A stretch of 56,808 nt of DNA, the filler included, from Dimargaris cristalligena (lineage: Eukaryota), in NCBI GenBank assembly GCA_003614675.1. It is 3 parts of 3 records of this genome, joined end to end, with 100 filler letters (N's around TTAATTAATTAA, not from the genome) between each part and the next. Parts side by side here need not be neighbours in the genome. Positions count along the whole stretch, not along the records: positions 37,953 to 56,808 come from ML002751.1; 2 more parts are not named here. The stretch is one strand, 5' to 3'. The notes below the pieces were generated by a model. That model was not told the DNA's origin. It was given only the letters and a program-made list of their open reading frames with translations, and did no database searches. Both the position numbers and the translations under genes were made by a program. Of this stretch, positions 38,996-51,435 are shown piece after piece (positions within the stretch are counted from its first letter, which is position 1; each line of letters opens with the position of its first letter).

Positions 38996-39784
38996 TCAGG
39001 CGCGACAACCATACTGATAGTAACTATTACCTGGCCGTGGCAGTTATCTCCAACTACTCTAAATAAATTTCTGATGTATCCACCGGAGTTTCCTGAGTTT
39101 TTATTTTCTCATATATTTCTTGCCATATCAGTTGCATAGGATCGAGCCACATTAAAGAGAGTCCCAACAAATCCATCATCACTGAGATATACTTCTTTAT
39201 GGTCAGCACCACCACTCATGAATTCAACGACATGCGCCATTTTAGTATGGAAGCCATGGTTAGGGAGATGGGTAGTACATTGTGATTGGCTCAGATGAGG
39301 AACTGTCTGAACTCGAAGCTGTCCGTTCCCTCTGATGGCTGCAGGTCTTCTGGTTGTATAGGCGGCTACCCAGTACTGCGGTTTCAACGGTATTCCTCCT
39401 GCAGGGGTGACGCCACCATTACCCGAATAAATACACACTATAGATTTATCCTATTGACTTGTGTTAAAAAAGTCCCGTTCTCCTTTCCGTGTTTCCAACT
39501 CCTTCTATATCCTATTTGGCCTTTTAGTAATATTAATATAATATACAGCCTAAGTGGGTCTTCTGAAGTTCACATAAGTACCAGGTGGAACCCCCCCTCT
39601 CTTTTGGGATATTAGTATTGCCTATCCTCTCGAACTTTACCATTTGACCTTCTGGCCCCCCGTTTACTCCTAGCCAGCTCTTTTTCAAGCGCTTACCTGC
39701 CCTATTATTATCATTTTCGCAATAAACAGTATATATCTTTTTATTTGACATTGACTTGCTACCCACCTACCCCCATCCGCCACC

Positions 39785-40651
39785 ATGACCGCATCTACCC
39801 CCGCTCCGGTCTCCTCCAACTCGGCGAGCCTCCCGTCTTCTGCAGCCTGGGAGTCGCCCTCCGCGACTGTAGACTGCGCTGATAGGGAGGCAACTTCCTC
39901 CTCCGACATTCCGAAGTCCAACTGCGCGAGGCCAGACTCTAATAGCAATACATATGTAAAGCGTAACGGTCGAGTGCACATGCGGGAGGTGCAAGCCATG
40001 CAGTTTATCAAGGAGCATACGACTATACCGGTTCCAGACATTTACAGCTATCATATTGACGGGCCCGACTCGTTTATCGAAATGGAACGCATTGCGGGAA
40101 TCACCCTAGAAGAGTGTATTGCCCAAAACCGAGTAACGGCAGACCATAGGCAGCGCATCGCCGAACAGCTCAACGACTACATACAGCAGATGCGGAAGGT
40201 GCAAAACGATGTAGTAGGACCCTGTATCTGGACCGATAGTGACACTGAACAAGCCTTGTACGGTCCATTCGTCCCGTTTCCTACACCCATGCCGATGCAC
40301 GAGGCTGAAGAGTTTATGATGAACCATCTGTTACAATGCAAACAGAACCATCCTCCCACCGGGTTTACGCAGATGTTTTCCAAACATCTAAAGCAACGTA
40401 TGTATACCATTAATCTAACGCACGGAGAATTGCTGCCAAGTAATATCATGGTGGATCCCGATACATGCCAGATAACTGGCATTCTGGATTGGGAGTTTAG
40501 TGGCTTTTATCCCGAGTACTGGGAATATTCGCAAATGGCATGCTATCCGTATTTTGATTCGGTGTGGTTCTCAATTATTGATTTAGTTAAACCCGAATAC
40601 CTAGCAGAGGCATGCTTTCTATATTTGTATATCCAATACATATACCTGTAG
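39785..40651 (+). CDS. Aminoglycoside-phosphotransferase/choline-kinase-like (APH family) protein, intronless, 288 aa
   Basis: YVK...EVQAMQFIKEHTTIPVPDIY...FIEMERIAGITL; Brenner-type motif THGELLPSNIMV; ITGILDWEFSGFYPEYWEY. Confidence 0.9.
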   Translation: MTASTPAPVSSNSASLPSSAAWESPSATVDCADREATSSSDIPKSNCARPDSNSNTYVKRNGRVHMREVQAMQFIKEHTTIPVPDIYSYHIDGPDSFIEMERIAGITLEECIAQNRVTADHRQRIAEQLNDYIQQMRKVQNDVVGPCIWTDSDTEQALYGPFVPFPTPMPMHEAEEFMMNHLLQCKQNHPPTGFTQMFSKHLKQRMYTINLTHGELLPSNIMVDPDTCQITGILDWEFSGFYPEYWEYSQMACYPYFDSVWFSIIDLVKPEYLAEACFLYLYIQYIYL

Positions 40652-42685
40652 ACATGTCTACCCTCTTTACCCATATCGAATACCTTGGATTTATAATGCT
40701 GTGAGGGCGTTTGTGATCAGCCTTCAGTTGCCGGACATCAGTTCATCTGGCAATATTTATGACAAAACTGATGTTTATTGACTATTTTAAACGCTTGCAA
40801 CTTATTCTGATTGATGTGACGCATTTTATGAGCATATTTCCACGCCTTCAGGAAATTAATGCCCGGACTGATGTTTTCTATATTGTTTTGATGACCATGT
40901 GCTATGACGATTCTATAACGAGTTTTTGAAATGTGGAATAAAACTTGGCATATTTATAATGAGTATCTACTTTCCTGAGCCTGCTGCTCGGACATGATCA
41001 TCCGTACCCCGTCCTCCGGGTCGCATATCCAGGGAACCGTCGGCCGATACTGGGGCCCTGCAATCACTGATTGTACGACATCTATTTTTTTCGCGAGGGA
41101 ATAATTGAGCACTATGTAATAGTGGCAAATGCAGTCGATCACCCTTTTTAACCCAACAGCCACGGACCAGGAACAGGAACAGGATAGGTATGGTCTGCGC
41201 TGCAGTACCCACCCAGCCGACTCCAAGTAACTTGTTGACTGATTATATGGGAAGGGAGGTCGAAATGGGGCAATGCCTCAATCAGAATGGCTCGGTAACG
41301 GTGGTAGATTCTAGCCTGGCTTGCCGGGCCGCGCGGTTGTATATGGGGGATAGTCCCGCTCGCATCGACTATAGCACATGGAACACTGGATGGAAAACAG
41401 GCCATGCATTCTACGTCTAAATGGCATTTGTGTGTCGTAGACGGGGCCTCTAAAACGGAGCGGTTGCATGTACAACTGGCCGCCTTGAAGAAATTTACGT
41501 GCCATAGTGGACTGTCGTCGCCTTCATTATACGCCCGGGTGACATTGGTGGCTGAGCGTACGACGATCGCGGGTACAAGAGGGTATCGGCCCAGGGATAT
41601 GCCACACACAGTACCACCTCTCCATAGCAACCCAATCCTCTCTAGATGCATTCCACAGTGCGGGGGTGATGTGTGAGACTCTGCAGAGCATGGTCCAGAT
41701 CAGGGCCGAAAAGCACAACGGTAATAGACTGGCTTCGTTATGACAGCTGTTTGTCTACAACCGGGCCAATCTCAAGGTGAATTCGGCAGCTGGATCCATC
41801 TATTCAACGTATTAACGAGTACTTGATGTAAGATCTCCGATCAAACACTCCCACGAACCGGATCCAATTAGACGACCAGCCTCCTTCCGAGGAGGAGTAG
41901 CGCTGTTTTTGAAAAATACACTGGAAACGGCGTCGGCCGCCTTAGTTTTCTCGGAATGTATTGAACTTGTTGGAATGAAATACAATATTTAGTAGTAAGA
42001 GAGTGTCTTATTTTACTGGACTTGGTTACTAATTATTTTAATCAATAGCATCATCCCGCAATAGAACCAGTCATTCATATCTTAATTGGGGCCCATTATA
42101 GCTCTGATGTCAACATCTCATGAAGTCGTATTTGATTGACTGCCCTAGGCCATAAAATGTCAGAGGAATTACAGATACTAATTGAGGACCACCACTTGCC
42201 TAACCTGGAAGACGATAAAAGAGCAGGCTTTGCCATCTTTGGTAAGTGGTCGCTCATTCCGACCCAGCCCCAGTTCATCCCGCCCGACTGTTTAATACTC
42301 ATGAGCTAGAGAAATGTTTATCGGTTGGTTACTCAAGCGGCTTGCGCAAGATATGGCTACTAACCAACCAATCTATATTCCCAGCTATTTACAAGGCTTG
42401 CCGTCGATGCTCGATATTGAATTACAAATTACACTTACATACTACCCAAACTGCATTGTGGGGAATACATGTTGCACCACCCCCTTGCTTGAGCAGATGC
42501 CTTAACCATTAAATAATAATACTCCTGTGATGCTACCTGTAGATCAAATGCGAAATATAGTATAATATAAATTGATTAATATTGAATTTCGGTAGAATGA
42601 GTTGGGTGGGGATAGCTAAAGGGGTACAGTTTATTATTGGAGCCATTCATCGAAAGAGGCTGTACAGATATCATTAGATCTGGTG

Positions 42686-45600
42686 TCAATTGCGGGTGCG
42701 ATAATGTTGCATAAATGCCGATAATTGGTTTCGGCCAGCAGCATCAGCCAATGCCTCGTAAAATAGCTGGAATAGTTGGAGTTGTTGCTCTTGTAAGGTT
42801 GATGAAGCGGAAATCTGGTAAGATGAATGGCAAGTACGGAAAGGTGAAGCAATGGTATTTGATTAGTGTCTAGTTCATTTAGGCTGGTAATAATAAGTCC
42901 CTCTATAAAAACGGGGTGGGTTATGGCGAATAACCATGCCAATATGTGATGGCCCGAATGAATATATATATACGGATTGAATATATTTTGGGTACCTTAG
43001 ATACATCGTTGAGAAGGGGGCGGAGCTCGTTGGCTACACTTTTCACCTTGGCCATTGGATCCAGGACAGCCTACATTATCGGTTAGGTTTAGGCCACAAC
43101 AAGAAACGCGGAATAAAATAAGCGATATAATGATAGTTAGCATTCCCGTCAGCATAGACTGGGAAGGACTGGACCTTAAGCCAGTGTCTTCATAATAACA
43201 GCTTAGTATTAGCACTTACATTGGGGATAGGTTGGTGGTCGAGAAGAAACGAATTCTCCCTGCCTGATGCGCAACCCAGACGGTTTAGCTTTTCAGTTCT
43301 AAGCCGAGGAATAAAGATTTCACATAAAACGCGTCAAACATAAGAATGGTTAATGGGGTTACTAACGACTGGGTGCGTATGTGTCTAGTCGACTGGATAA
43401 CCGAAAGGCGTAGCGCCAATAGTTAATCGCTCAAAGAAGACCAGGGCTAGTGTGATGATGATCCAGAGTAGCATGGCTTAAGATTATTAGTATCTATTTA
43501 CATGAATCGGACAAACTGCATCCACCGGTCAGAGGCAATTCGCTGTTGTTTAGTGGCAGGTTTGAGGTCTTTATCAACAACGTGTTGGCCTAGTCGGACA
43601 AGATGGTCGTAGGAAGCAAAGGCGGCCGACTCTTGGGGCCCTTCATCTGAATCAATGGAATCTATAAACGGGCCCCGTTGAATAAATATAAATAATATGT
43701 GTTAGCACGGTTGACGATATACGACTGTATGTTTCCCTGAATCCGTGGAATATCCTGGATTGAGCTTCGCTAAGTGCGAGTATTGGATCTGGGCAGTGGG
43801 TACTTACGATAAAGAGTTAGTAAATCAAGTAGAGTGCCGTAGAAATGGTCGTCACTGTCCAACGTTGATTTTTGCTCATTTCGCTGGATAGTCGTGGGTA
43901 GCTGGAGATGAGCCTGGATAAAGCGAATGGGCAAGACCAACAGACCCGCCGATGTAGTGGCCGGTGAGGTAATAACATGATACGAAAGTAAGATTAGTTA
44001 ATTCAGGATTATGGTAGAGGGTGGTCGGACAGAGAACGGCGATATATAAAAGAGTGCGCACATTAACCTGGCCAATAGTCTACATACCAGTCGAAGTGCG
44101 GCCAGTTGGCTAGCTGAAATTTGGTCCTCTTGGAATTGGGAAGCTTTGTTCAATGATTCAACCACCGCCTGGCCCGAGGCCCGGATAAGTAAATCAACGG
44201 CTTCCATGTCGGCAACCTGACTGCGGGCTAAGGCGGCCATCTGGGTAAACATGAGATGGTTGGATTAGTTGAAAGAGGTAAGTAGCGGATTAGTGTAAGC
44301 CCTTTTGCTCCCGAGCAGAGTGGGGTGCTGTGAGGGGATAAATATGGGCAGATACCTAGAGACACCCAATTGGTTACAAGGGGGTGGCTTCCGTGAAAAG
44401 CACTTACTTCGTTCAGTTGCCCCAACAGATGGTTTTGGTGAGCAACCGTAATGCGAGCTAACCGGTGGTCAAGAGTACGAGACAAAGGGGACTGGAGAGA
44501 GGCCAAAAGGGCGGCGGGCACAGCGTGGTCCCATATAACGGACCGGGCACTCGTTGTATCATCAATGTGATGGCGGGCTTCAGTCAGTTTCCCACTCACT
44601 AATTCGGGATTGGTTTGGGCGAGATCAATAACAGTACGGTGGGTGTCTTCAAGCTGGGCCAGTCGAGCTTCCAAATGCGTTATTTGGTACTGGTGTTGCA
44701 GATAATCAAATGCTTCGTCGGTGAGGGCCCGACTTAGACGCTCATTTTCGGTATGGAGTAAATTGGTTAAATCGGGGACAGTGGGTGGCACTAGAGGGAA
44801 TTTCCGACGAATGGCGGGGGTGATACGGTTAGCGCCCTATGCAAACCCAAATAAGACGGATATTAGATATCATGTAGCACAAGGCATTAGTTACCCAGAA
44901 TCGGATAATAGTGGGGATATTCCGGCTACATTGGGTCAGGTGGACATCTGTTAACGTAGGAGAGTATTTTTTTGTTTAAAAAAAGTAAATGCAGGAACAT
45001 ACCTCGATATTCAGGGTGAGTCGCTGCTGGAATGCCTGCAAACCGCCCGTATTGGCGTTCAATAGCCGACTCAGCGCATCAGTAGCCTGGAATAAATATA
45101 ATGCAGTAGAATCGTCGTCGGAATCGGTGGGCCGCCTGAGAAGTCCTTGTAAATAGTCGCCGATGGCCTCCCCCTCTTGCCGAAGAGCACGGTCATGTTC
45201 CATCGCCAATGTATTCAAGTCGCGCTCCAGTTTCTGGTCCCGCCGTTCCAGTCGATGGGTGTCCTCCTTCACTTGGCCAACCTGGGCTTGGAGTGAGGCT
45301 AGGGTTTGGGATAGGTGGTGGTGCTGTTGGTCCAAGTCAGCTAGGTAGGCTTCGAGGTCCGAGTTTTCTGCGGAATGGAAAGCAAGGGTCTCGTCTAAAT
45401 CTCGTTCAACCACCAGGTGGTCCCCCGTGGTCACTAAACTAGCTACCGCAGCGGTGGTGGAATTGGTTGTGGAGGGAATCTGGAAGTGGGAATCGGCCAC
45501 CTGGTCAGTCGTGTCCAGAACCAACGACGCATGTGATTTTATTAGCCATTCGAGCTCCCCTGGCCGAAGCACTTGTTCAAAAGGGTCAATGTGATCGGTC

Positions 45601-45749
45601 AGCCAAACAAGTAGATCCCGAATGCCCTCAGTTTGGAAGGCCCAGGCCAGGTCCGGCCGGGTCAGCGACGACGTCTGGGGGTACTGGGCCTCGCGTAGAA
45701 AAGTTAGGAAACGGTCAACAACATTGGGGTCCGAAGCAGTAGCTGACAT
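42686..45749 (-). CDS. HAUS3: HAUS augmin-like complex subunit 3-like; about 9 exons
   Basis: N-terminus FLTFLREAQYPQTSSLTRPDLAWAFQTEGIRDLLVWL...VLRPGEL resembles HAUS3; coiled-coil segments. A GT-AG exon chain can be traced from exon 1 (45749-45003) through KSTLDSDDHFYGTLLDLL to a last exon ending QLFQLFYEAL...RN* (TGA 42688-42686); internal boundaries are partly tentative. Confidence 0.72.
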
Positions 45750-46364
45750 GACTGATGGGAGGACAACAACAGAATGGCAGTAATGGGAGGAAGTAACGAA
45801 CGCAAGAAGTAGCTGTATAGAAAATGAAGGATACACTAACCGGCAATAAAATTAAATTAAAGTCATGCCAGCTCATATATACACCCAGACTTAATCTGCT
45901 CATACCGGCCATCGAATTCAAACTATACCCTGGTGACTGTCACCTACCGAAAGGCTTATACATCACCGTACGTTTTACAACAACAAATGACAGCACCAAC
46001 AATCGGAAGCTAACCCTAATTTTCGATTTCACATTTAAGGCTCGACACCATCGGAAAGTCATCAATCTGACTTGTATACGAGTCCACAACATCCACAGTA
46101 CACAAGTTAACATCCAAACAGAGAATATATCCATACGCCGTGACGGGTAAGGGTTTATTGCGGTGGAAAAAGAGGGAAGGAGATTGGAATGACACGACTG
46201 CCAGTCGACAAACCGTGGTCATGACTGAGTAGATTGAAATCGTGGTTTTATCAATCCCGAACGCGGAAATTTGCGCAATTCGCGGAATACAGGGTAGGAA
46301 TGGGGGGAGGGGGGTAATAGAGAAGCGGTGGGAGGAAGTGAGAAGTGAAGGAAATTACACATGA

Positions 46365-47537
46365 TTATTTGTTGAGCAGGATACCGTCATACTTCTGCTT
46401 GAACCATTCGGTCGTCTCGCCCTTGGTGATCTTGTGCGAGCGGCCGATTCTGCCCACATTTCTCTTACGGCGGGCCACACGGAAACCGGGGCGGCCCATG
46501 CAGACGTAGAAGTCCATACCGTAGATACCGATGGTGGGGTCGTACTTGATACCCAAATCGATGTGTTCCTGGATACCGAAACCGAAGTTACCGGTGGCGG
46601 AGAAATTGCGAGTCTTGAGTTCGTATTCCTTGACCTTCAGACCACGCTCCAGAATCTCCTCGGCCTTGGGGCCACGGACGGTGCAGTGGACGGCAATCTT
46701 TTCGTTACGGCGGATACCGAACGAACGCACAGTGTAGCGGGCCTTGGAGAACACGGGGGTTTGACCGGTCAGCTGTTCCAGCACCTTGGCGGCACGAGTG
46801 AGACGATCGCCAGATTCACCCACACAGATGTTGAGCACCAGCTTCTCAATGCGCAGCTCGCGCATGGGGTTTTCCAGCTTCGACTTGGCCTGAGTATCCG
46901 TCTATCCAAGAGGGGGTACGAGGACAATAAACGTGGAGGGCAATAAGTATATTTGAAAGTAGATTAGTTAAGAGATTCCTAAAAGAGCGGTTAAACATGC
47001 ATGTTCAAGTCAGGGAAAGAAAACCGGACCATTGATGCTCACAGCAAATGACGCTATCTGGCAACCATCGACCTCGCAAAACCGTCCCTAAGAATCCTCG
47101 CAGGGAAGTCCGTATTCGCACAAGCAGCTACCGGGGGAGGCACATCGACAGCTAAGTATTAACACGACATCCAGGCAGTCGCACAGCGATTATCCACATC
47201 ACCCATCCATCCATCCACCCACCAGTTCGACGACCCCAGACAGAGAGTATACAAAACGGGACATATCCTACGGACGACAACCGGATAGCACAGGAGTAGT
47301 ACTAGTACTGGACTATCCCTCGAGGAATCTGGATTGGCTCAATAAAAGGAATGGCCGGTCGGACGGATGGATGGATCATTCGGTGGACCAAACGTGCTTC
47401 GAGAATCCGAGGGATGACGATGGATTGGTCGAATGGAGGATAGTGGGTTGGTCGGTTGCTGTTCGCACCATCGATGGCTGGACGGACGGTGGGGCGGTAA
47501 CGAACGAACGGGGGTTGAGGTGGCGGCGACATACCAT
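46365..47537 (-). CDS. RPL11: 60S ribosomal protein L11 (uL5); exon 1 is the ATG only (47537-47535), exon 2 is 46901-46365
   Basis: [34 protein letters not shown]...; AAAATG|gtatgt donor and ggatag|ACG acceptor (a nearby cag|GCC is an in-frame alternative). Confidence 0.97.
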
Positions 47538-48267
47538 TTTTCCTAAGTTCCGATACGCGCGAGTTTGTACAAAGCGAAATGGAGAGAGGGAGTTCCACCA
47601 AGGGCTCGGTCGTGATGATTGTTTAATACATTGACTTGGGCTCTTCTCCTTCCCCCTTCTGGCAATGTGAACACCAACTCGCTCTGCCCACTTACAAGCA
47701 CCCAGAGCGGAAAAGGGGAGGGGGAAGCAGCCACTATAATTAGGTGGAGGAGGGGAGAGATTGGGCCACGTGACCTGATCCTGTGATCAAAGCACTGCAA
47801 AAGGCCCTCCCTGTGCGTCTGGTACCATGCTGCTACAGTAGGTGGAAAGCCCCACTTCAGAGTGCTCATACTACATAAGGAACTATTGCTATGGTCTAAA
47901 CTGAAAGTTTGGTAGTAATGTATTATTATGATGAACCGCCAGTGAAATTTCCCGTAGACATTAACGAATTTATATATCATTATAGCCAGTCAAACAAAGA
48001 AAATATCAGTAGATAGCAAGTTTCCAAAAAATTACAGCGCCGTGCACGAAGCAAGGCAATAAAGAACCAGAAAATATAACTAATACTTCCGCAGGTGTAA
48101 TAATATAATAATATCTCAATTTACTCGTTGCCATCCACAATATGGTATATCAGTAGGGCTTTGCGATGACCATTACTTCTGCTAATGTTTTTTGGGGGGT
48201 GTATCACCCGATACTAAAACTAAAAATATTTTATAAGTACGTTAAATCAAGAGATTAGTCATGCTAG

Positions 48268-48339
48268 TCCGATATGGTCCAATGGTTAGGATTTCGCGCT
48301 TTCACCGCGACGGCCGGGGTTCGATTCCCCGTATCGGAG
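48268..48339 (+). tRNA. tRNA-Glu (anticodon TTC), intronless
   Basis: Acceptor stem TCCGATA/TATCGGA; anticodon arm TCGCG-CTTTCAC-CGCGA; T-loop GGTTCGATTCC; discriminator G; downstream T-run Pol III terminator. Confidence 0.97.
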
Positions 48340-48832
48340 ATTTATTTTTTCCCGGACAATCCATCTAACAGTCGTCAGCTATTCCGTTACCTCTTTTGAA
48401 GGCGAGCTACCGCTGGCTCAAAATGACCGAGTACATGGTGTTGGAAATGAAACTGTTTGCGAAGGAGGCATTCTTTAATCGAGAAGTGAATTTTTGAAAG
48501 CGCTTAATCAAGAATTGTAGGTTACCCGGAATACGACGAAAAGCGCCAATGGATACATGTGTGGCCTCCCCACTACAAGTGCGCATGAACAATAACCACA
48601 CCATAATCCAGCTTGTATATCCATTATGCATCTTAGCAGCCAACCGCAGCTTACGCTTAGCTAGGCTTGTTTATTTCGTACTTACGGCCAAGACCTGGAG
48701 GGATTTTTACACCCTATTCTTTCCCAGGTCTTTTCACATTCCAACGCCTTATTGCCCCCCATTCGCTCTCCCCACCTATTTCCATTTACTTATTAGTTTT
48801 TTTTTCTTCATACACAATAATAGTTAACCACC

Positions 48833-49573
48833 ATGAATAAACTCTGGGCCATGAAGAGAGCCGCGGCGGATGCGGAAAAGAAGAAACCCAAAGTGAGTGC
48901 GGCCCAAATTCGGGTCCAAAAGGACATTACCGAGCTGAGTCTACCGTCGACCATGCGCCTTGACTTCCCCAATCCCGACGACCTGATGCATTTCCAACTC
49001 TGCATCACCCCCGACGAGGGCATGTACCAGGGTGGCTGTTTCCGGTTTTCGTTCGCCATCGACCACAACTATCCCCACGAGGCGCCCAAGGTGCTATGCA
49101 CGCAACGGATTTACCACCCCAATATCGACCTTGACGGTAAAATTTGTCTTAATATCCTGCGGGAGGACTGGAAACCGGTGCTGAATTTGGAAGCCATCAT
49201 GGTGGGGTTGCAGTTTTTATTTTTGGCCCCGAACCCGGACGACCCGCTTAACAAAGGTAAAAAAATATATAGACATAGCATGTCATAAATCCGTTATAAG
49301 GGACCTGCGTTCTGGAATACTGGGGTACGGGACTGGCTTGCTTCGCACTTTCGTAGATCTAGCAGGCGGGGGTGTCCCCCTCCCTATCTACCAAGGACTC
49401 TCGGATTTCGTGACTATTGGACTAATTAGCTTTGGCTTATCGTGTCTATTCCGTGTCGAACAGAGGCCGCCCAAGATTTGCGTGCCAACCCAAAGGACTT
49501 TGCCAACACTGTAAAAGCGACCATGCGAGGAAGTCGCTACAATAACGTTATATACGACAAGGTTTTGTTATAG
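48833..49573 (+). CDS. UBC12: NEDD8-conjugating enzyme Ubc12; 2 exons (48833-49256, 49464-49573), 177 aa
   Basis: N-terminal MxKLW extension; [47 protein letters not shown]; intron G|gtaaaa...cag|AG. Confidence 0.96.
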
Positions 49574-49841
49574 AACTATTATACACTTCTCCAACGAGGG
49601 GTAACTACGGATTTACTACATTATAAAGTGGATTTATGTGGCATGTTACTATATAATTGTAAGTATACAATAGAGCTACTACTCGATGCATTCAGGTTTC
49701 GGGTGGGATTGATTAATATTAAAAAATGGGTATATCCCATTGGTCATGAACGGTTTTACAAAAGCGGAGTAATGGGTAGGGGGTCTAGGCCATTCAGCCA
49801 AGTAAGCCAAACCGGCCAACCCCCAATAGAAATGTCCCGGA

Positions 49842-51435
49842 CTAAGATAGCTTAGTAGCAGAAGGGGTTGTCCGGGCTCGTTTCCAGGGTGTCCGCTGGT
49901 AGTTGGCAATCGGGTACACGTTAGCCGCATGGAACCGGGTTTGAGCGGTGGTGTTCTTGTCCGCTTCCCCCGGCAGGTCACTACTACCAGGCTCCCGTTT
50001 GACAGGGACCGGTGGCGCCTCTCGGGGGTTAGTTGAACCCTCCGAGGTGGTCTTACCCCCGCCCTGTTGATTCGAAATATTCACCATGAAGTTTTTGAGA
50101 TTCTCCTCGATAATTCGACTCTGCTCGGCTTTCTGCTGACTTAGTTTGTAACTGTCGAAATGTTTCTCCGGTATTACCTAGTAATGGGTGTTTGAGCAAC
50201 ATGTAATATATATGATTGCATTAGTAAATGATTGAATATACGCTATCGCCTTACCAAAGGAATGTCCATATGGCCGTTGGGCGTAGACCGGTGCGAGTAT
50301 TCTTACTAGTAGACCAGGGCCCACATGAAGGTGCCCGGTATAATGGATAGTTGCTACTAAGGAGGGGTTATTCGACCCCGTTTCATAAATATGACACCTA
50401 CCGGAGTGTGTCTGTACGTATGGTCAGGGGGGAATTTGGGTGTATTTGATGGTATATAATCCGAATACGGGGGGCGATTCGCTGAGCCATACGCTCCAGG
50501 CGGTTTAGATTGAGCTACAGTGGAGGTAGTTATATCGCCAGCACCTTCACCGGATTCGTCTGGGTTCTCGATAACATTTGGATGCAGTTCATTTGGCCCA
50601 AGTAGAGTTTGGACAAGATCCTCGGGCTTGGTATCGAAGAATTCGGCTTCGTCGGAGGTGTATGGAATGATGGGGGCTAAATAATTTGGTGGAAAATATG
50701 GCAAGAGCGTATAATTCAGGGGATTAGCTATGCGTATTATTTCGATGTTTTGGCAACAGCCAACTAATTTAGCAATTGACGCCACTCATGGTTAGGTTTG
50801 GGGTCCTATAGCAGATACTCCCAACATTCTGCCGGGTGCGTAATTATCGAGTTGATTGGTGACCCCAGTGAGTCGGTCTCAGAGACGATATTGATACCAA
50901 ATGTGAATATGGCTATATAATATTACCTTGTTCAGATGGAAGAGGTTTCTGCTCTAGCCAGGGTGTAATATCCGGTATACTTATATGGCTGTGTGATAAA
51001 AGTAAAGCCGCGTCGTTCAGGTTCGGTCGTGTTCGGCCAGCAATCTCAGCAAAGGTATGGGTATGGATAAGCAGGTTTTCGAAATCTAGAACCAAAAACA
51101 AAATATCAGAAAAGGGGAGTAATATGAGTTAGAGAGCGGTTAACATACGGGCCGAGGCATGGAACCCGCGTCCTTGCTTTTCAGGAGCGGAATACACGGG
51201 CGTTAGAGGGTTAGAGGGAGCATTTTGTACAAAAATAGGGGGATGCGGGCATTTCGAATAAAAACTTGAACAAGGAGCCTGGGAACGTACATTGTTCTAG
51301 AATCTCCACAAGACAGTTAAGGGCAGCTCCCTCCATTTTGGTGAAGCCTGCCTTTTGGCCGATGGTAACGACGATCCGCTGCAATAGGCGCATGCGATAA
51401 CGCTCGGCTTCGACGGAAGGCCTTGAAGACGACAT
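49842..51435 (-). CDS. TAF8: TFIID subunit 8-like; 4 exons (51435-51291, 51085-50927, 50676-50402, 50177-49842)
   Basis: Bromodomain-associated histone fold (GFTKMEGAALNCLVEIL...FAEIAGRTRPNLND) plus the TAF8 C-terminal motif YIPSNTPKFPPDHTYRHTP...QKAEQSRIIEENL; GT-AG introns in consistent phase. Confidence 0.88.

Noticed and set aside
41030-41900. Possible decayed retroelement or gene fragment downstream of the APH-like gene
   Set aside because: Only vague similarity (W...W, TCHSGL) across broken frames; not enough to call.
47005-47075. C/D snoRNA in the RPL11 intron (minus strand GGTTTTCTTTCC-CTGA could pair with LSU rRNA GGAAAGAAGACC)
   Set aside because: There is no convincing C box (RTGATGA) upstream, and the short, low-complexity guide could match by chance.
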